From Phoronis australis (taxonomy: Eukaryota; Animalia; Phoronida): DNA of 64,000 bases. Positions within the stretch are counted from its first letter, which is position 1. Each line of letters opens with the position of its first letter. Both the position numbers and the translations under genes were made by a program. The DNA is taken from the NCBI GenBank assembly GCA_002633005.1, contig NMRA01000799.1, positions 1 to 64,000 of the forward strand, written 5' to 3'. Shown here piece by piece: positions 26,301 to 41,300 of this stretch. A model generated the notes under the pieces. It was not told the origin of the DNA and made no database searches. It saw nothing but the letters and a program-made list of their open reading frames with translations.

Positions 26301-29300
26301 TGATCTGCAAGATAGGTGGCCTCCTTACGGACATCCAAGAACTGCATGTGGGGTGATCGACCTTCCTCACAACTTCCAAAATTTACAAGGGGGGTGGCCT
26401 CCCTCATGACATCAAAGATGTGCCGGTGATGTGAGACTAAATGACAAGTGCAGACATTTGGATTTCATGGTTGTCACCCTAATACAGAGAGTTCCTTAAG
26501 ATGTAAACACTGATCACAGATCTGATAATTTAAGTTCAACTTCACTAACTCAAAGACAAGACTCGGCAACCAGTATAAAAAGGGTGCAAGACTCACTAAA
26601 CGCAGCCTACACGAGGAACTCACGAGGTCTTTGGGTCTATCTGATGAGTGTTGTGCCACATAGTGACAATGTTAGTGCTTTGTTTGTCTCGATACCTCTA
26701 GAGTTCCTTGGTGTATTTTCATGAAGTTTGGCTAACTGTTAATACCTATCCTTTCTCGGATGGACTTGACTTATTTCACTCCGCCTGGTTCGCATTCTAT
26801 CTTCTGCTTCTTTATCCAATAAATCGGTCAAAGATCATAAAATTGGCAGATATATTCCTGATGAGAAGATCATGGATGACGTTGATCTTTTGCAGGTTTC
26901 GACTATGCTGGTGCCGTCCTCTGCCTGTTACGATTTTGTTCTTTTTGTTTCCGCTGTTGTATCATCTAAAAACTGTGCATAATGTCGTTGAGACTTGTCA
27001 GACGTATTGCTACATGTATGATTCTAATGACGCATTGCAACGAGATTTGGAGCAATCTGCTTAATAGTCTGCCATCTAATGACAATTTAAGAGATGTTTA
27101 CATTGTTTGTTTTTGCATCTGTGTCTAAGATGCTGGTTAACAGCCTTAGAAGCATAGCGTTTGCGATGCAGTCATAGGCGCATTTCAATCCTCTGCGATG
27201 ATATTGCTTTTACATTTAACTCATTTTTCAGTATCCTTGATCAAAGGTCAAAGTCAAATGAATGTTACTACATGTATGTCACCTAATCAAATGTATTGAC
27301 AAGTTCCTTTTTGTGTTGTTCTTTTGCACGAACATTACTTCGAAGTTGCCGTTATTCTGTTTGTCAAAGGCTGACGTAACATGGCTAGCTGTTGTCAGAT
27401 TTTACCTTACGTTATTTTACGCCGTATGTTAATTGTCTAAAATGACGTGAGATCTATTCAAAAGTTGAGACCTGCTGAGGAATATGACTAAATGAGATAA
27501 AACTTTTGTGCCATATTGTGGGTTCAATACTCTGAGTGCGCTTTTGTTATGTTGCATGCTTACTCCATGAAGTGACTTGTGTACTGTAGCGTATTTCCGC
27601 TTTTTGTCAGGTATATTTTCTGGGCTGACAATATAGACAGTGGTGATCTCTACAAAACTCGTAAAATTGAGCGCTCGGATTTGGATGGAAACGTCCGTGT
27701 TGCTATCGTGACATCAGCGCTTTACAGACCTCAAGCCCTGACCATCGATTATGAAGGCAATAGGTAGGCTTGCCTCTATATTATTCGCGAGTCCTCATTT
27801 TGTGGAGATTATAATTGTTAATCTCTCAACTGCGTTTTTGTGAGTGAACTTGTTATGAATACTAGCACCGTTGCTCAAAAGTACATGTAATTAGTAAGTA
27901 CACTATTTTTTGTTTTTATTCTTAAATTAAATTTTCTATTTTTAACTATTGTGATTTTGTGGCAATATACGTTACGACCTCAATCTGTCAAGTACCCTTA
28001 ACTTAACGTGAGTAAATATAATTCCCAGGTGCCCGCTTTCTTTACTCTTTGTCGCGGGTTCCAGTCCCACTGGGTCACACTGCTAAGCCCTTGAGTAAGG
28101 TTTCAAGCTCCTTAGCTCAGTTTTAACCATGTACTAATATTATATCATAAAAATGGTTCCAGGTGATCAATGCAATTGGCCCACATGCGCGGTCTGCACA
28201 CGTGTGGTACAACGTGTATCAGACCATCAGCAATTAATTTTTATTACTAGGACAAATACTTATAAAACAACACCTTGCAAATTGGTTGTGAAGTCATGCC
28301 ATCAGGTCGACATGGTAAACAACCCCAATTATCCAACCTTATGCCCTTTTTATACCCCAAATTAATACAACATTCCGTGATTACGCTGATAGTCCCATCC
28401 TTGACGAAGAAGAGAGGCAGATTCGTCTTTCGAAAAATTAAGGAAAGAGGTTGTTGGGATGTATATAGAGAATGAACTTGTCTGATATACAATTAAACAG
28501 CCTGCATCCTTTTCAGAGTCTGCTTCACAAACTTGGCGATGGTACAATGTGTTAACTACACTGGCGGCGAGAGGACAACGCTCCTTCATCTGCGCCCCTA
28601 CAGCACACATTTAACTGGCATGACATTATATGATGTAAGGCACACTCATTGATGGATAACTGCACAAATGGCATTCATGACAAAAATATTATGGAATAGC
28701 TTTACTTAGTCTGCTCAACACTTCAGGAGCACAATATAAGCTGGAGATGTAATCGCTTTACTTGAAATCAAGACATGAACATATAATTGACATTTCCAGT
28801 TGTCGTATAATACGAAGGTCAGATAATTACATATTATTTTGTTCCTCAGCACCTCTGCATTTCGTAGAGCACTGTCTAGTCCAAACTTGCAATTGGTTTG
28901 CCCTAGATTCGAGCTGCAAACCCGAGTAAAATTCCAGATTTCAAGCAAAGCCTTAAGATGTTGAGTTCAGACTCGAACTTGTAGCTTCAATGATAGCGTC
29001 ATCATTTGCAAAATAGAATTAAACACATCAGTTATCCACTTACTGTTAACCGTGGTGCATTGAGTAAAACACAATGAACTCAAGTCTTGGGTAGAACAGA
29101 AAATGTTGGTTAGTTAATTTCCAGTAAACAGTACATATATTGCTGGCCTCTTACTAAGCTGAATGAGCCTAAAATAAATAAAAATGAGGTTTTAGTTCCA
29201 ATGATTGGTTACTCAGAGAAAGAACCAGTTAGACAGTGTTAGTATTTGTACACTACATCCTTCAAATGTGTCAAAAATGATCTGAAATATGAATACTTTT

Positions 29301-32300
29301 ATTGTTTTACTATAAACTGATGTTTGTGTATTACAGAAATTTCAAAGTCTTTTGTATGGCACAGATATTAGGAAATTTGATACCACCGTTGACTCTAATT
29401 TCGGAGAAAAGATAAATGGACTTTTCAGACTCTTTGGGTCCAACTTTTCGTACTCTGTCCATAGCCGAATTCTTGTTAATTATATCCTTTGTTAAAAATA
29501 AACACAAAGAGCAGATCAGTTTCGTAGATAAATATTTTTATCTTTGTTGAAGTGGAACTGCACTGGTTGTGCCAAATCTCGTTTTTGTCACTGCATTACT
29601 AGTGTTCTGTTGCAATTCTTCTAACCCATATACTTTACAAAACAAACTTTGGAATTCGTGGAATAAGAAATACACTCCTAGTAAACCCCATCCTCAGTTG
29701 TACGGATAATGTCAAAACAGTATAACGCAGAAGTAACCAGACGAACTACCGTTTCCCATGAAGAGGATTGATTCTGTAATAGGTGGTGATAACTATGTAA
29801 GTGGCAAAATTCTAATTACATTTTAGAAATAAACAACATCTAATAAAATTCTAACAAAAGCATACCGAACCCGGTTTGGTCTATTGAAAATATTACAAAT
29901 AACTTTCCCATCCAATTCCCTGGTTGCTCTATAACCCTCACATACCCTCAAAAGCTTGGAGGAAATCTTTTAAAAATCCTTTCGAAGTCTACCAGAAGGG
30001 CAAGCGCGTTTTACGAATTACACAGCAAAAGTGGACCAGCCAACAAGGACCATGATCCAGTCTGTGACATAGGGAATACAAGGTTTTAGCTGTTTCCTGC
30101 TTTTATCGTTCAACGTTGATGCCAATGATGCAGTATGTGACAGAACGCGCATTGGCTAAAATCCTAAAAGCAGGGTTTAGTATCCTTTTTTACGAAACGT
30201 TTTGCAAATAATGCAGAAAATTAGCCTCCTACTTTGATAACAAGTTGTTTACTTTCCAGGGCTACTTGTTCATCGCGGACTATAGGTCATCAATCTTCTT
30301 CACTCCACGGATCATACATTGGCGTGTTCGCGATGGGAAAGGCTTTTCAGTATCGACTACATACAAAACCCATGGTATCGTTATGTACGCCGAAGACCGT
30401 CAGCCCAATTACCCTAATGGTAGGCACTCTAATGGGTCAGACACCGAGAAAACAATTAAGGTGGCGTTTCTACGCTCAGATTTAATGACTTTAAGTTATA
30501 AAACAATTAAAGACTGTGTTTTGAGGGTACTGTGAGAAACTGGGCAGGTGGTTTGGTGCCTCCTTCTGAGCAACAGTCGTTCTTAGGTTACACAGTTGGA
30601 CCCATTGCACTAGTCACCTGATTAAGACTCAGGGGGATTCCCCAGCGTGAGGTTCTTCTTGAGTAGAGTCTTCTAATTATTTTGGCTATTGAACCTGTAC
30701 AGTATCTACCAGGCAAGTTATATGTCCACTGCGATGACACTGATGAATGGGGCAAATTCCCACCAAAGCCTACGTGTAGGGTGTCTCAGATTCCAAGCCA
30801 CACATAGGGCAGATTGAACAGGTCACGCGTTCTGTAATGTTATGGTGCTGAGCTAGGTCAAAGTGCCCAGTAATTACTTGGATCACCTGCCAAACAACCA
30901 GCCTGTCTAACCAATAAAGTGTTTGGGAACCCCTTGATTTAATAGGACTTAAAAAATTAATTTTAATGTCTGCAGTTGGGGCCCATCCTCCGTGCAGTCA
31001 TTGACAAATGAAAACCCACTGTTTTTCCTTTGCCCTGTAATACTTTCAATGTATACGGGACTGGTGTGAAGGATTCCGGTACAAAACCGGGTACACTTTC
31101 TTTTGCCAGAAATGTATCCACGAGCCAGATGATAACACTCCCACTTTATTTCACTATGTGCACACAAGACTATCTAATGAGTTTTCCTTGAAGTCCTTTG
31201 AAGAGGAGCAAGCTCTTACTTCCACCAAATCTGGCGATTACGTTTTCCAGTGGATCTTACCATCCTAGTGGGATAAGCAACACTGGTGGCACTATTCAAC
31301 GCCTTCGTCATATTATTAGCTACTGAATTGATTTAAACAGTACACACCATGGATTTTTGCACATTTTGAATTACCGGTGGCCACAGACTAAATGTATGAC
31401 GTAAAATTTAGCTAAACCCATGTTTATTTTGTGTAATTACCTCGAAATTTTGATTATTCTTTCAATTTTGCCAATTTTCACATTTTCCGCCATGTGACGT
31501 CATGGGTTGAACACAAGAGATCAGTGACTAGCATTGAACAATGGCGGACAGCAGGAACTTAGAAAGCGACGACGATTATGAGCAAGAATTGAACGAATAC
31601 TATGAAGAAACGTACGGGAATGGTGGCCAGGATGAGGAAGTGGGGTTGCAACAAAGCGAGAACAAGTTTAATGTGCTTCCGGCTGCGTACTTTTCTACTT
31701 TGAGCCTTACGAACTGGATCGTCCCGCGAGAGAAGCGGCCTCGGGCTCGGCGAGTCAACCAATCCAACAGACGATCCTGAATTAAGAGCTGATGTTTCTG
31801 AATGATAAATATTGTCCTTTATTGAACCAGGCCTTCATCGTAACGTCTCCTGTGACTGGAGTCGAAACACGAGTCCTCAAAGTGGGCAGAACACAGAGTG
31901 GCCCCGGACCGAATCCCTTGGTCCACGATGACGTCCCACACTCTCGTTCGGCGCACGAAGCGATGCCACTTCTGCGCAACTTTGGTGTCCTTCGGAACAC
32001 CGAGACGTTCTCCGCCTGGCTGCTGTTGCTGCAGCCTCCGGAAACACATCTTTTGATCCCTCTACGAACCTTCTCGACGCTAAATGTGCTTTGCTTTCTC
32101 TTCACTCTATACACTTTGTCGCTGATCCCAACAGTATGGCAAACGACTTGGGTTCAACCCATGACGTTGTACATAATTATTATTTTTTCAATTTTTGCTT
32201 GTTTCTTTATGAGCTGTGCACTAAAGGCACTGAAATCTAGTAAGATATAATAATAAAATTTATTTTGAGGTACTAGAGTCATGTTGTGTACACTTTAAGC

Positions 32301-35300
32301 GCAAATGCTTGGAGTATTACATTCCATGGCTTAAACGGAATTGAAGCATGTCCCTGCAGACAATTTGCCAATCGATTTTCCCAACATTCCTAAGCACAAT
32401 GTAGAATGGGATAGTATATACTACAACTCCTAAAATCTAATGTAATGGGGGAGAAGACTGTGGATGTAATCTCCAACACTTACCTGGATCAAATCCATGC
32501 ATATTCGCATATATCTGATCTAAAACTGTCTACCTCTGTTGCAAATTCCGTGTTATACTCGGGCCGTAGGTCGTAAAAGTTTCTCACCTGAGTCACCTGG
32601 TATATGTGGAACTCACAAAACAGCGGGAGTGTGTCTATTAGAAGTAGACAGACATTGACCTTATTTAAATTAATTAGTTTTTATTTTACTGTTCTGTTTG
32701 CTTACTTGCAAATACCTCTTAATTGACATGATCCATGAGGTCAGGACAGGAATGGTGGAATTTTTTTATAGTAGAATAGCATGAACAATTCTAGAAAACT
32801 CCAGTTTGTTAGGGATTCATATAGTTTGAAACAATCTATAGCCTAGTGTATGTTTGTAGAATGATTGGGTTAGCTGAAAAGCTCCTGGACATTGTTCAAA
32901 GACTATACATACTTATATATAGTCATTTTTCTTCGGCTGGAGTTGAAGGTCAGTTAAATTCTGTTGAAGTTAAAGCTGAGTTGCAATGAAGAGAATCATT
33001 AGTGTGAAGAAACAGGTGACTGCATCAGCAACCAGTGTAACAGTTGCTTGAAGTGTCTGAGACGTTCATCCCAAGTCAGGTCTTCGCTGCACTAGCTGGA
33101 GCATAGAACAGACATTAAGCCAGACGTTTATTTGGTAGAACTTTGCATAGATATTAATAAAGTGATAAACTCGAACCAGCCCTCAGTCTGTCCTCGCACC
33201 GAAAGCCTTTAGCATCGCTTGGTAACAACCAGCGCCCTGCTATCCATGGGGATAAGAGCCTGACAGTGTCCATTTACGCCCATTAGGTCGCAAGCTACAG
33301 TCACCGTATCTCTTACTCAGAAATCTGGAAGTGGTATTGAGGTATATGATTTAGAATAACATTTATTGTTGTGCTCCCCCAACGGTAAGGCTCAGATACT
33401 CACAATATGTGTCTTGTCTCAGATTTTAAAACTTCGGGGAAAGTCTTTAGCCAAAACATGTGTCGTTACTAATATTTTGTTGCAAGAGGGCACATGAATT
33501 ATTATCATGCTTAAGATTAATCTGAGAAGGTTAAAGGCCACACTTCCAGATAAGGTATATTCATCTGGAAAACCAAAAAGATCAATTCATCACGTAGTGT
33601 ACTTCATAGGGCATCAGTCGCTTGTTAGCATTACCTTGGTAGGGTTACACTAGTTTTGATTCTGTAGGTTTAATTGTGCTGTTCCATTTGTTTACTAACA
33701 GATAGTATTTGATCGTGTAATTTGTTTAAAATAGAATATAAGTGAAATTCATTGGAATAAAGTTTTGTTAGATAAATATTTTGATTAGTACCCTGACTAA
33801 TTGATTAGGTTCAACAAAACGTGAACCTCCGAAGCGTTGAAATTGAGAATCGCAAAATGGAAATTGGCATTTTATAAAACAGAATAGCATAGAATGTGTG
33901 CATTTAAAAGTTAAATTCTTAAAGCTTCAGAAGAAGGTGTTTAGCCAAGCAAATCTCTGAGCATGGATGACATCATCTACCTCTACTCTATTTCAGCTTG
34001 TTCAAATGATAGCTGTGAACACTTGTGTGTGGCGACTACAGAGGGCACTTCATCCTGTCTGTGCAAAGATGGATACATACTGGACACGGTTACCACAGCG
34101 TGCATAGGTAGGCTGGACGTTTTTAAATCACTCGGCTGCAACGAACAAAAAACCTTAGAATGTGGCAAAAAGTGTACTCCACCCACTCAGTCGTGACATC
34201 GTGACCTCATCATCGAAATGAGGGATGTGTTCCTGACGCTTTTTTACAAGGATTTTTTTCAGTATAATTAGGTAGCAGCCCTTCATTGACAAATCTGTTT
34301 GAAGGAACGACAAAATAACGCTACTGTCCGAACAGGAAGTACAATCGTGCGCTCAGAACCAGGTTCACAAAGAATTAAAACAAAACCCACAATGCACTAT
34401 TAAGGTCATTTATGTCCCGCAAAGAGCTCTAAGAAAAGCGAGACATCACATGCACTCATTGATCTCGCAGTGTCTGTTTCTGGCCAACAATTTGGTTGTC
34501 TAGAAAGATATAGGAGCAACGTTGTACAAAAAACGACCATTAGTCCGCAACACTTTTATATATGAACCGTGTTGTTAGTTGTTGCTCTTATCTGAAATTC
34601 GCTTTTTAGGTACATTGCCCTTCTATGAAAGTCATTTTCACAACAACATAAATGCATGATCGAAAAACAGCCTTAAACTGAGGATATTTCTAAGGACATG
34701 ACATAACTTCAAAAACTTGTTTAAAAATGACATATTATGAAATTCTGTATATTATGACTGTTGAACCATAATATTTTGCAGCTGTTAGCAAGCCGGTCGG
34801 CCCGTACTACGCCATCACCTATGGCGCACAGGTGGCCCTTGTAGCTACAACCAACACATTGGATACGACGTTCTTCTTAAGCACACTCTACTCTGGTCCC
34901 GTGAAATGGACTCGCGTTGATGCCAACTACTATCAGGAGGCGCTGTACCTGGTGAACTCCGCTGCGAACACCATCGACATGATGAAGGTCAACAATATGC
35001 ATTTTGCCACGACTGTGATAAAACATGTGGCTAACGTGACAGGTAGGTGCCTATTCGATATTCAGTTAAGTAATAAACTAACGTGTATTTGTTTTTACAC
35101 ATCCTCATCGGATCCTGGTCGTTTTCAGATCAAGTAATGACCCCTGGATTTTTCGAATGCGAGCTGGATCTTGAAAATGCGCCTTTAGTTTGAGATTTTG
35201 GCTAGGCCGCAAACGGTAATCTTGCGTCTATTTTCGTGGTTGTTCAAGCCCTGACCAGGGACACATGTACCCGGTGTGAAAGTAACCGTTGTCCACCTGG

Positions 35301-38300
35301 AAAAATTGCCAGGCTTGTGTGAATTTGAATAACGCGCCCGTATGCTGGCATTCAAATGCACTGTACATGCAGCTAGGATATTCTCTGATATGCATAAAAC
35401 GGGACACATAGAACCCGGGACACATGGGGATGACACCATTGCGTGGAACGTTTGGCAAGCAAGATAGAACTCATAATTGTTAAAAAGTATTCCGTAACCA
35501 GTAGATTGTATAGCAAACAATAGGTGGCGTGGCATGGTCCATGTCCTGTAGTTTAGAGTACTGCAGTGGAAAATAAGCGATGTGTTTTACTAATCTTTAT
35601 TAATCTGAGTATGGGACAGATTTTTCACAGACCAGTTTTACAATTATCGTACATTGTATGTGGCTCATTTCAAAAGTTGGGTTTTGGCAGAAAATGGGTT
35701 TACAGAACGTTTAATAATGAAATGAACGACTTATACTTTAGCACACAAGTGTGTTTATACGAGACAGTATGAACGCGCAGTTTGTTCGGTGCAGTCACTG
35801 CAAATAGTCAATTTAATAAATATGTCAGTCTCATCTCATTTCAGACCTTTCCGTTGACTGGGTCAGCAACACCCTCTATTGGTTGGATGGGTTTTACGGG
35901 CAAGTGTGGATCTCCAAGCTGGACGGCACCTTCCAGACTCTGTTGACTGACGGCCTGAAAAAGCCGACCAGCATAGCGGTGGACCCTATTAACAAGTGGG
36001 TGATGTTTTTGGCCATGGTTTGTCCTGTTTTCTTTCTCCATGAAAAGGCTTCTATAGGATAGTTACACATCTTGGATTGATTTTTTCATGGCCAGATTCC
36101 CTATGAAATGGTACAAGTACCATTTTCTTAAAGTTCCATAGAGCCCCTATTTAGCTTTCAATGTTGGAGTCTTGGCTAATGCGCTTTCGGGTTTGAAAAT
36201 TATCGTAATAATTTGTAAATGCAACATAATAAATTAAATGTAGTTGTGTAATACATATACAAAATGCACACTCACGTCTCCAGCTGGATAGTGAAGTCTT
36301 TATTATTATATTTCGTGCACGTATTTTGAAATATTTTTTCAAGAATGAACGAAATTTAGTTTCTTGTTTACAGTCTGCTCTCAATTGATAAATAGATTGT
36401 TTACATTACAAAATAATCCAAATAACATGGTTTCCAAGCGATGCTTCACGCCTAGCAACCAAAAACTGAACTATTTCGTGGCATTACGTTTCAACTTCAA
36501 CATTGTATTCCAGCGTTTTGATGGAAAGGACCTGTGTGTATCATTATCGGTATTTTTGTTTCTCAAAGAAATGAATTTATCGCCAGTATTCTGTGGAGAA
36601 TCCAATATATACACAAAACATACCGAGCGTGGCGTAAATGAATAATCCCACGAGATATTATTCCGCGTATAAACCGTCTTTATCCCATACGCTACGAATT
36701 CCTAAGTTTTTTTCATATTTTCGGTAGATTTTTTAAATGCATCACTTAGACTGTTCACCTGGCGGATCACATCCTTTATCCCATACGCGTGGAAATACGG
36801 TCATGCAATAATGTTTTCCGTATTCACCTCCTAGGTCAATGTAGACTAGGGTGTCGATAACCAGCTCTATCATCAAACTTTCACAAAATAGTTTCAAGTA
36901 ATGAATTTGTAGCAGCATTAGTAACACTCAACATGCACTCATGTCCCAAATATATCATCTGGTACAAAACTGTTAATTATATGACACTTTTGTCTCCGTT
37001 TTATTTTCTGAAATACAGCGTCTGCAACACAGACGCTGTGACTACGAATGCCCGGCGACCGGACACAAAAATAATGAGTTTCAATCTTGGAATGTTCAAT
37101 TTAAAATACGAGGATCCAGAAATTCAAGAGTTGATTGAATTAAAAGAACAGGAGGTGCAACTGGAAAATCAAAATGAGAAACTCAAAGTGGTGACAAGGA
37201 AAGCAAAAGATTTCATCAACCGAAAAAAACCATGAAGACTGTCAAGAAAACTGTAAGTGCAACCGAGAGATTTGCTGCTTGGCTATTTGAACACAATGAA
37301 AACAAAAAGTTGCCAGACATATCCCCGAAAGAGCTAGACATCCTCGTAACGGGCTTTCTAATGGCATTGGCAAAGCACGATGGATCTTCATATGAGCCGG
37401 ACAATCTAACATGATTTCAGAGGGCCATTGACCGACCCCTGAAAGAAATAGGCTACCCAGTCACTATGGTAGGCAATCGAACCATATTTCGATTTTCCAA
37501 AAACGTGCTTTTTGCCCGTCGGCGGGACTTGAAGCAACAGGGAAAAGTCAATCGAAAAAACAGGTCAGAATTACTGACAGATAACCTGGAAGAGCTGTTG
37601 TAGAGTACCGGTCAACTTGGGAAACATTCACAACAAGCACTCCTCAACACAGTGTGTTCCGTAAATACCAATCTGTTTTGTTTCCGCGGTTAACATGAAA
37701 GCCACCAGCTGCAGTGAGTAGGCATACAGTTGCTTGATGACGAATCTGGCAACCAATACCTAGAGTTCAACGAAAAGGAAACGAAAACAACGTTTGGCAC
37801 TGGCAGCGACATTAGACCATTTAGTCCAAAAGCATCTGCTCATCCGTCAGATCCATCAAGGTGGCCCGTTGCTACTTACAAAGCCTACCGATCACGAAGA
37901 CCCCCAAACACCCTCACCCCTGAGTGCAGCTTCCTGGTGAGGATTTTACAATGTTTAATAATCTTGTTATCTATTTATTTTTGAAATATGATACAAGTTC
38001 AATGCACAATAACTGTCGTTTTCGCACCTTTTATCAATTTTAAGTAATAAACGGTTACATTTAATACTGTTTTCTTTTACTAGTAAGTTAGTAACATAAC
38101 GCACACGTACATACACAGCAGGTTGTGATTCGCCACGTAAACAGTTAGGATGAAGTATTTATAAACTGCCGAAAGAAAACAAAAGAAACTCACGAATTCG
38201 ATGCGTATGGGATAACTACATTCGGTCTCGGTCGATACGCGTAATAATAAATCGTGGAATGTTATTCCATGTACGCCACTCTCGTTACGTTTTGCGTATG

Positions 38301-41300
38301 TATGTATGTACTTCCGCATCGGGTTGCAAGTTTTCTCTAGTAAAAGAAACAGTTTTAAGTGTAACGATTTGTTACTTGAAAAGAGACAACAATAACGAAA
38401 ACAAAGGTAACTGTGCATTGAACTTGTAACATCTAAAATTGTTAAATAACTACGATATTTGATATTGTAGTTACCGAGGAGACGGCGCCTGAGTTGCCGA
38501 CGATATAATGTAATATTTAGGAATTAAAAACTGAGACAAAATCGTCATATAATTAAGAGTCTTGTTCCATATTTTACGATTGCGACCAGATCGCATGTTG
38601 AGTGTTATTTACAATTCTTCAATTGTATTACTTTGAACTATTTTCGGAAAGTTTGATTATCGAACAGGCTATAACGACGTCGAGTCGACATTGACCTACT
38701 TTTTGAACTTTCCATGTCAGAGGTCACTGTTGAAGTAGTGCGGGAGGTGAATACGGAAAACATTATTGCATGACTGTATTGCAATCGACTGATTCAACGC
38801 GTATGGGATAAAATTGTAAGCAATGAAGCAAAGTACGTACTGGGCAGTTGATGGACAACCAGAATTCTTTCATTAATTTTTGGTTTTGTCCTTCTGAAAC
38901 TCTTGTCAGGGAGTTTTACTCAATGCTCGAGTTGTGGAAGAATCACTTTGTCTTGGTTTCTATGGTTACAATAAGGCCTTTGGTGTTACTTTTTGCTTAA
39001 TACACCACTTCTTTTTTAATTGAGTTTGCTTTGATCTCGGTCATCAATGACTATGCTACTTCCTGTTCAGTATAACTTGAAATTCCAAAAAATAATGGTT
39101 TATTCATGTTTAATTGTATCAATATTTAGCCTTTCATTGGGTTTTAAACATTAAATTATGTTGAACGATTCTCTTATTTCCCTGGGCTACGCACCTTCAA
39201 TATAGTAAAAAGACCGCTTACGGTGGACATTCTTCCAAATCATCGCATTTTGACTAGCAGCGTTCCTTTTCTCACGAGTAGGGATAAGTACGTGACTGTG
39301 TGTTTGATATTTTGCGTATGTATCAAAGTTGGTGTCTGCAGCACTATACTGGCGTACAAGTGGAAAACATAATATAATTATCTCTGCTTAAAAGGAACAA
39401 CGGTTTTTAGGACAGTAACGTGTTCTAATTGTTAAATAATGCCCATGTGGTTGATGATAGAGAAGACTCTGTATGCCAGGTTGTCATATGGCTAATGTCT
39501 ACACACTTACTTTCTATCCAAATTATAATGTCTGTCCGTTGACACAAAACCTGGCTGCATGACATTTGATCATACTATTTCGTGAGTACTGTCCATCAAT
39601 GTTCAATTCGATTTACAACTTCCCCAACTAGTTCACAGCTCAGAAAGAGTTACATCAATTAGGAGACAGCTCTTTCATAAGAACATGCAGTACATTTCAG
39701 TCTCGCGTCAATTTGCTGACAACTCATATACGATCGAAGTCCACTGCCGCTTCAAGGTGGCGGCCATTTTGTTGGTGCACCAAAGGAAATTCAAAAATTA
39801 TTTTGAAAATTCTATTTTTTCTGGTTGTTTTTAAAACAAATGAGTAGGTGTTAAAACAGTATTATAGAGAATGATTTAAAACTATGTCACCTAGCTGCTA
39901 AATTCACTTCATGAAGTTTTTCATTGAAAGCAAGTATACGACTTATGGTCTTCAGATGCATAATGGGAACTTGTATTGTTTTCTTCTTATGTGCTGTATG
40001 AGTCTAGAGCCGTGACCAATATGTGCTTATTTCAGGTACCTGTACTACACAGTCAGCGGTGTAGGCATCAAGCAGTCACACATGGATGGGACCAATTCTG
40101 TCACCGTTAACCCTACATCGAACTCCTTACGGAGTCTGTGTGTTGACTATTTAGATCGGCGGTAAGTTTTGGTTCCTCTGTGGCAGGTTTTCTATTAGGG
40201 AAAAGTCAATACTTGTGATTTTGTCTCCTCTTAAGAATATGTCGTTGCTTCATTTTGCTGTGGAAATATAAGCTAGCAATAAAGTTAATCATCTGGTGAA
40301 GTGACTTAACTAAACATAGCACTTTGAAGATCTTAGGAAGATGTCAGCTACATGTAGCAGAGGCGGATTTAGGGGGGGTGCAAGGGGGTCATGGCCCCCC
40401 CTAAAACTCTCCATGCACAATGCATAGGACTTGAGCAAATTCCGTTTACCTTTTTTAGTAATAAGGACCACAAAACCAAAATTTCGAGACCCCTGCATCC
40501 CTACGTTTTAGACTGGGCCGCTTGTTATTCCTGTGCCCTGCCCCCCCCCCTCCCAACTCAANCCCTCCCAACTCAAAATCGTGGATCCGCCTCTGGCTAG
40601 AATTTGCTGTTCACAAGTTAAACAAGCCACCAATGCTTATACCTGCTTACGTTAAATGGGGTTCCAAAAGCTGAGCCAGATATTCTATCTAGGAACTCTA
40701 ATTTTAAGTCTTTGAACACCCACTAGAGGAAGGTTTGATGCAATCTGCATGTCAGAACATTACTACCTCCCTGTTGTGCGACTATAGATATTGGAGCTAC
40801 ATGTAAGTTCTGCATAACTATGAATGTATGTTCAATCTTGGTAGCAATTGCTACGTTCATCATCTGATATCTAGGCTAGGTTACTCTGTAACTATAAAGC
40901 ATATTTATTTTATCTGGGCTAAGTTACTACAGAACTATTGAAATTTTTACTCGTATAATGGTGAAAGTAACATTTATCACATCTGTGTGATACTGTACTA
41001 TTTAGTATGTTTATCATACCTTGACTGAATTATTGTGTAACTGGATGACATGTTGTTTTGTAGTCTGTACTTTGTGTCCGACAAGTATATATACTACTCC
41101 AAACTGGACTCGCTCCGTAACGCAAGACCCTACAAAATCTCTACCTTCAAACCGATCGCTGTAACAACATTTCAGGTATTATCGGAAAAGGTCTCGTCAC
41201 GGTTAAAGAACTGTGAAATCAAAGAGGACTCTTCTTGAAATGGTGTTGCTAAATTGGGTCTAACTGCTTGAAATCATCATGTAACTTCCCAGTTTTTACG

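Larger units (their letters stand above)
31337..32294. mobile_element. Kolobok-like DNA transposon internal-deletion derivative
   Basis: TTAA on both flanks (31333-36, 32295-98); imperfect 15-bp TIR (ACAGTACACACCATG / AGTGTACACAACATG); convergent THAP remnant and acidic ORF. Confidence 0.7.

Noticed and set aside
24836-26420. Spaced short repeats as a possible CRISPR-like array
   Set aside because: Degenerate minisatellites in eukaryotic introns; no constant repeat/unique spacer structure and no cas genes.
28050-28130. B-box-like GGTTCCAGTCCC as a tRNA gene
   Set aside because: No cloverleaf; at most a decayed tRNA-derived SINE fragment.
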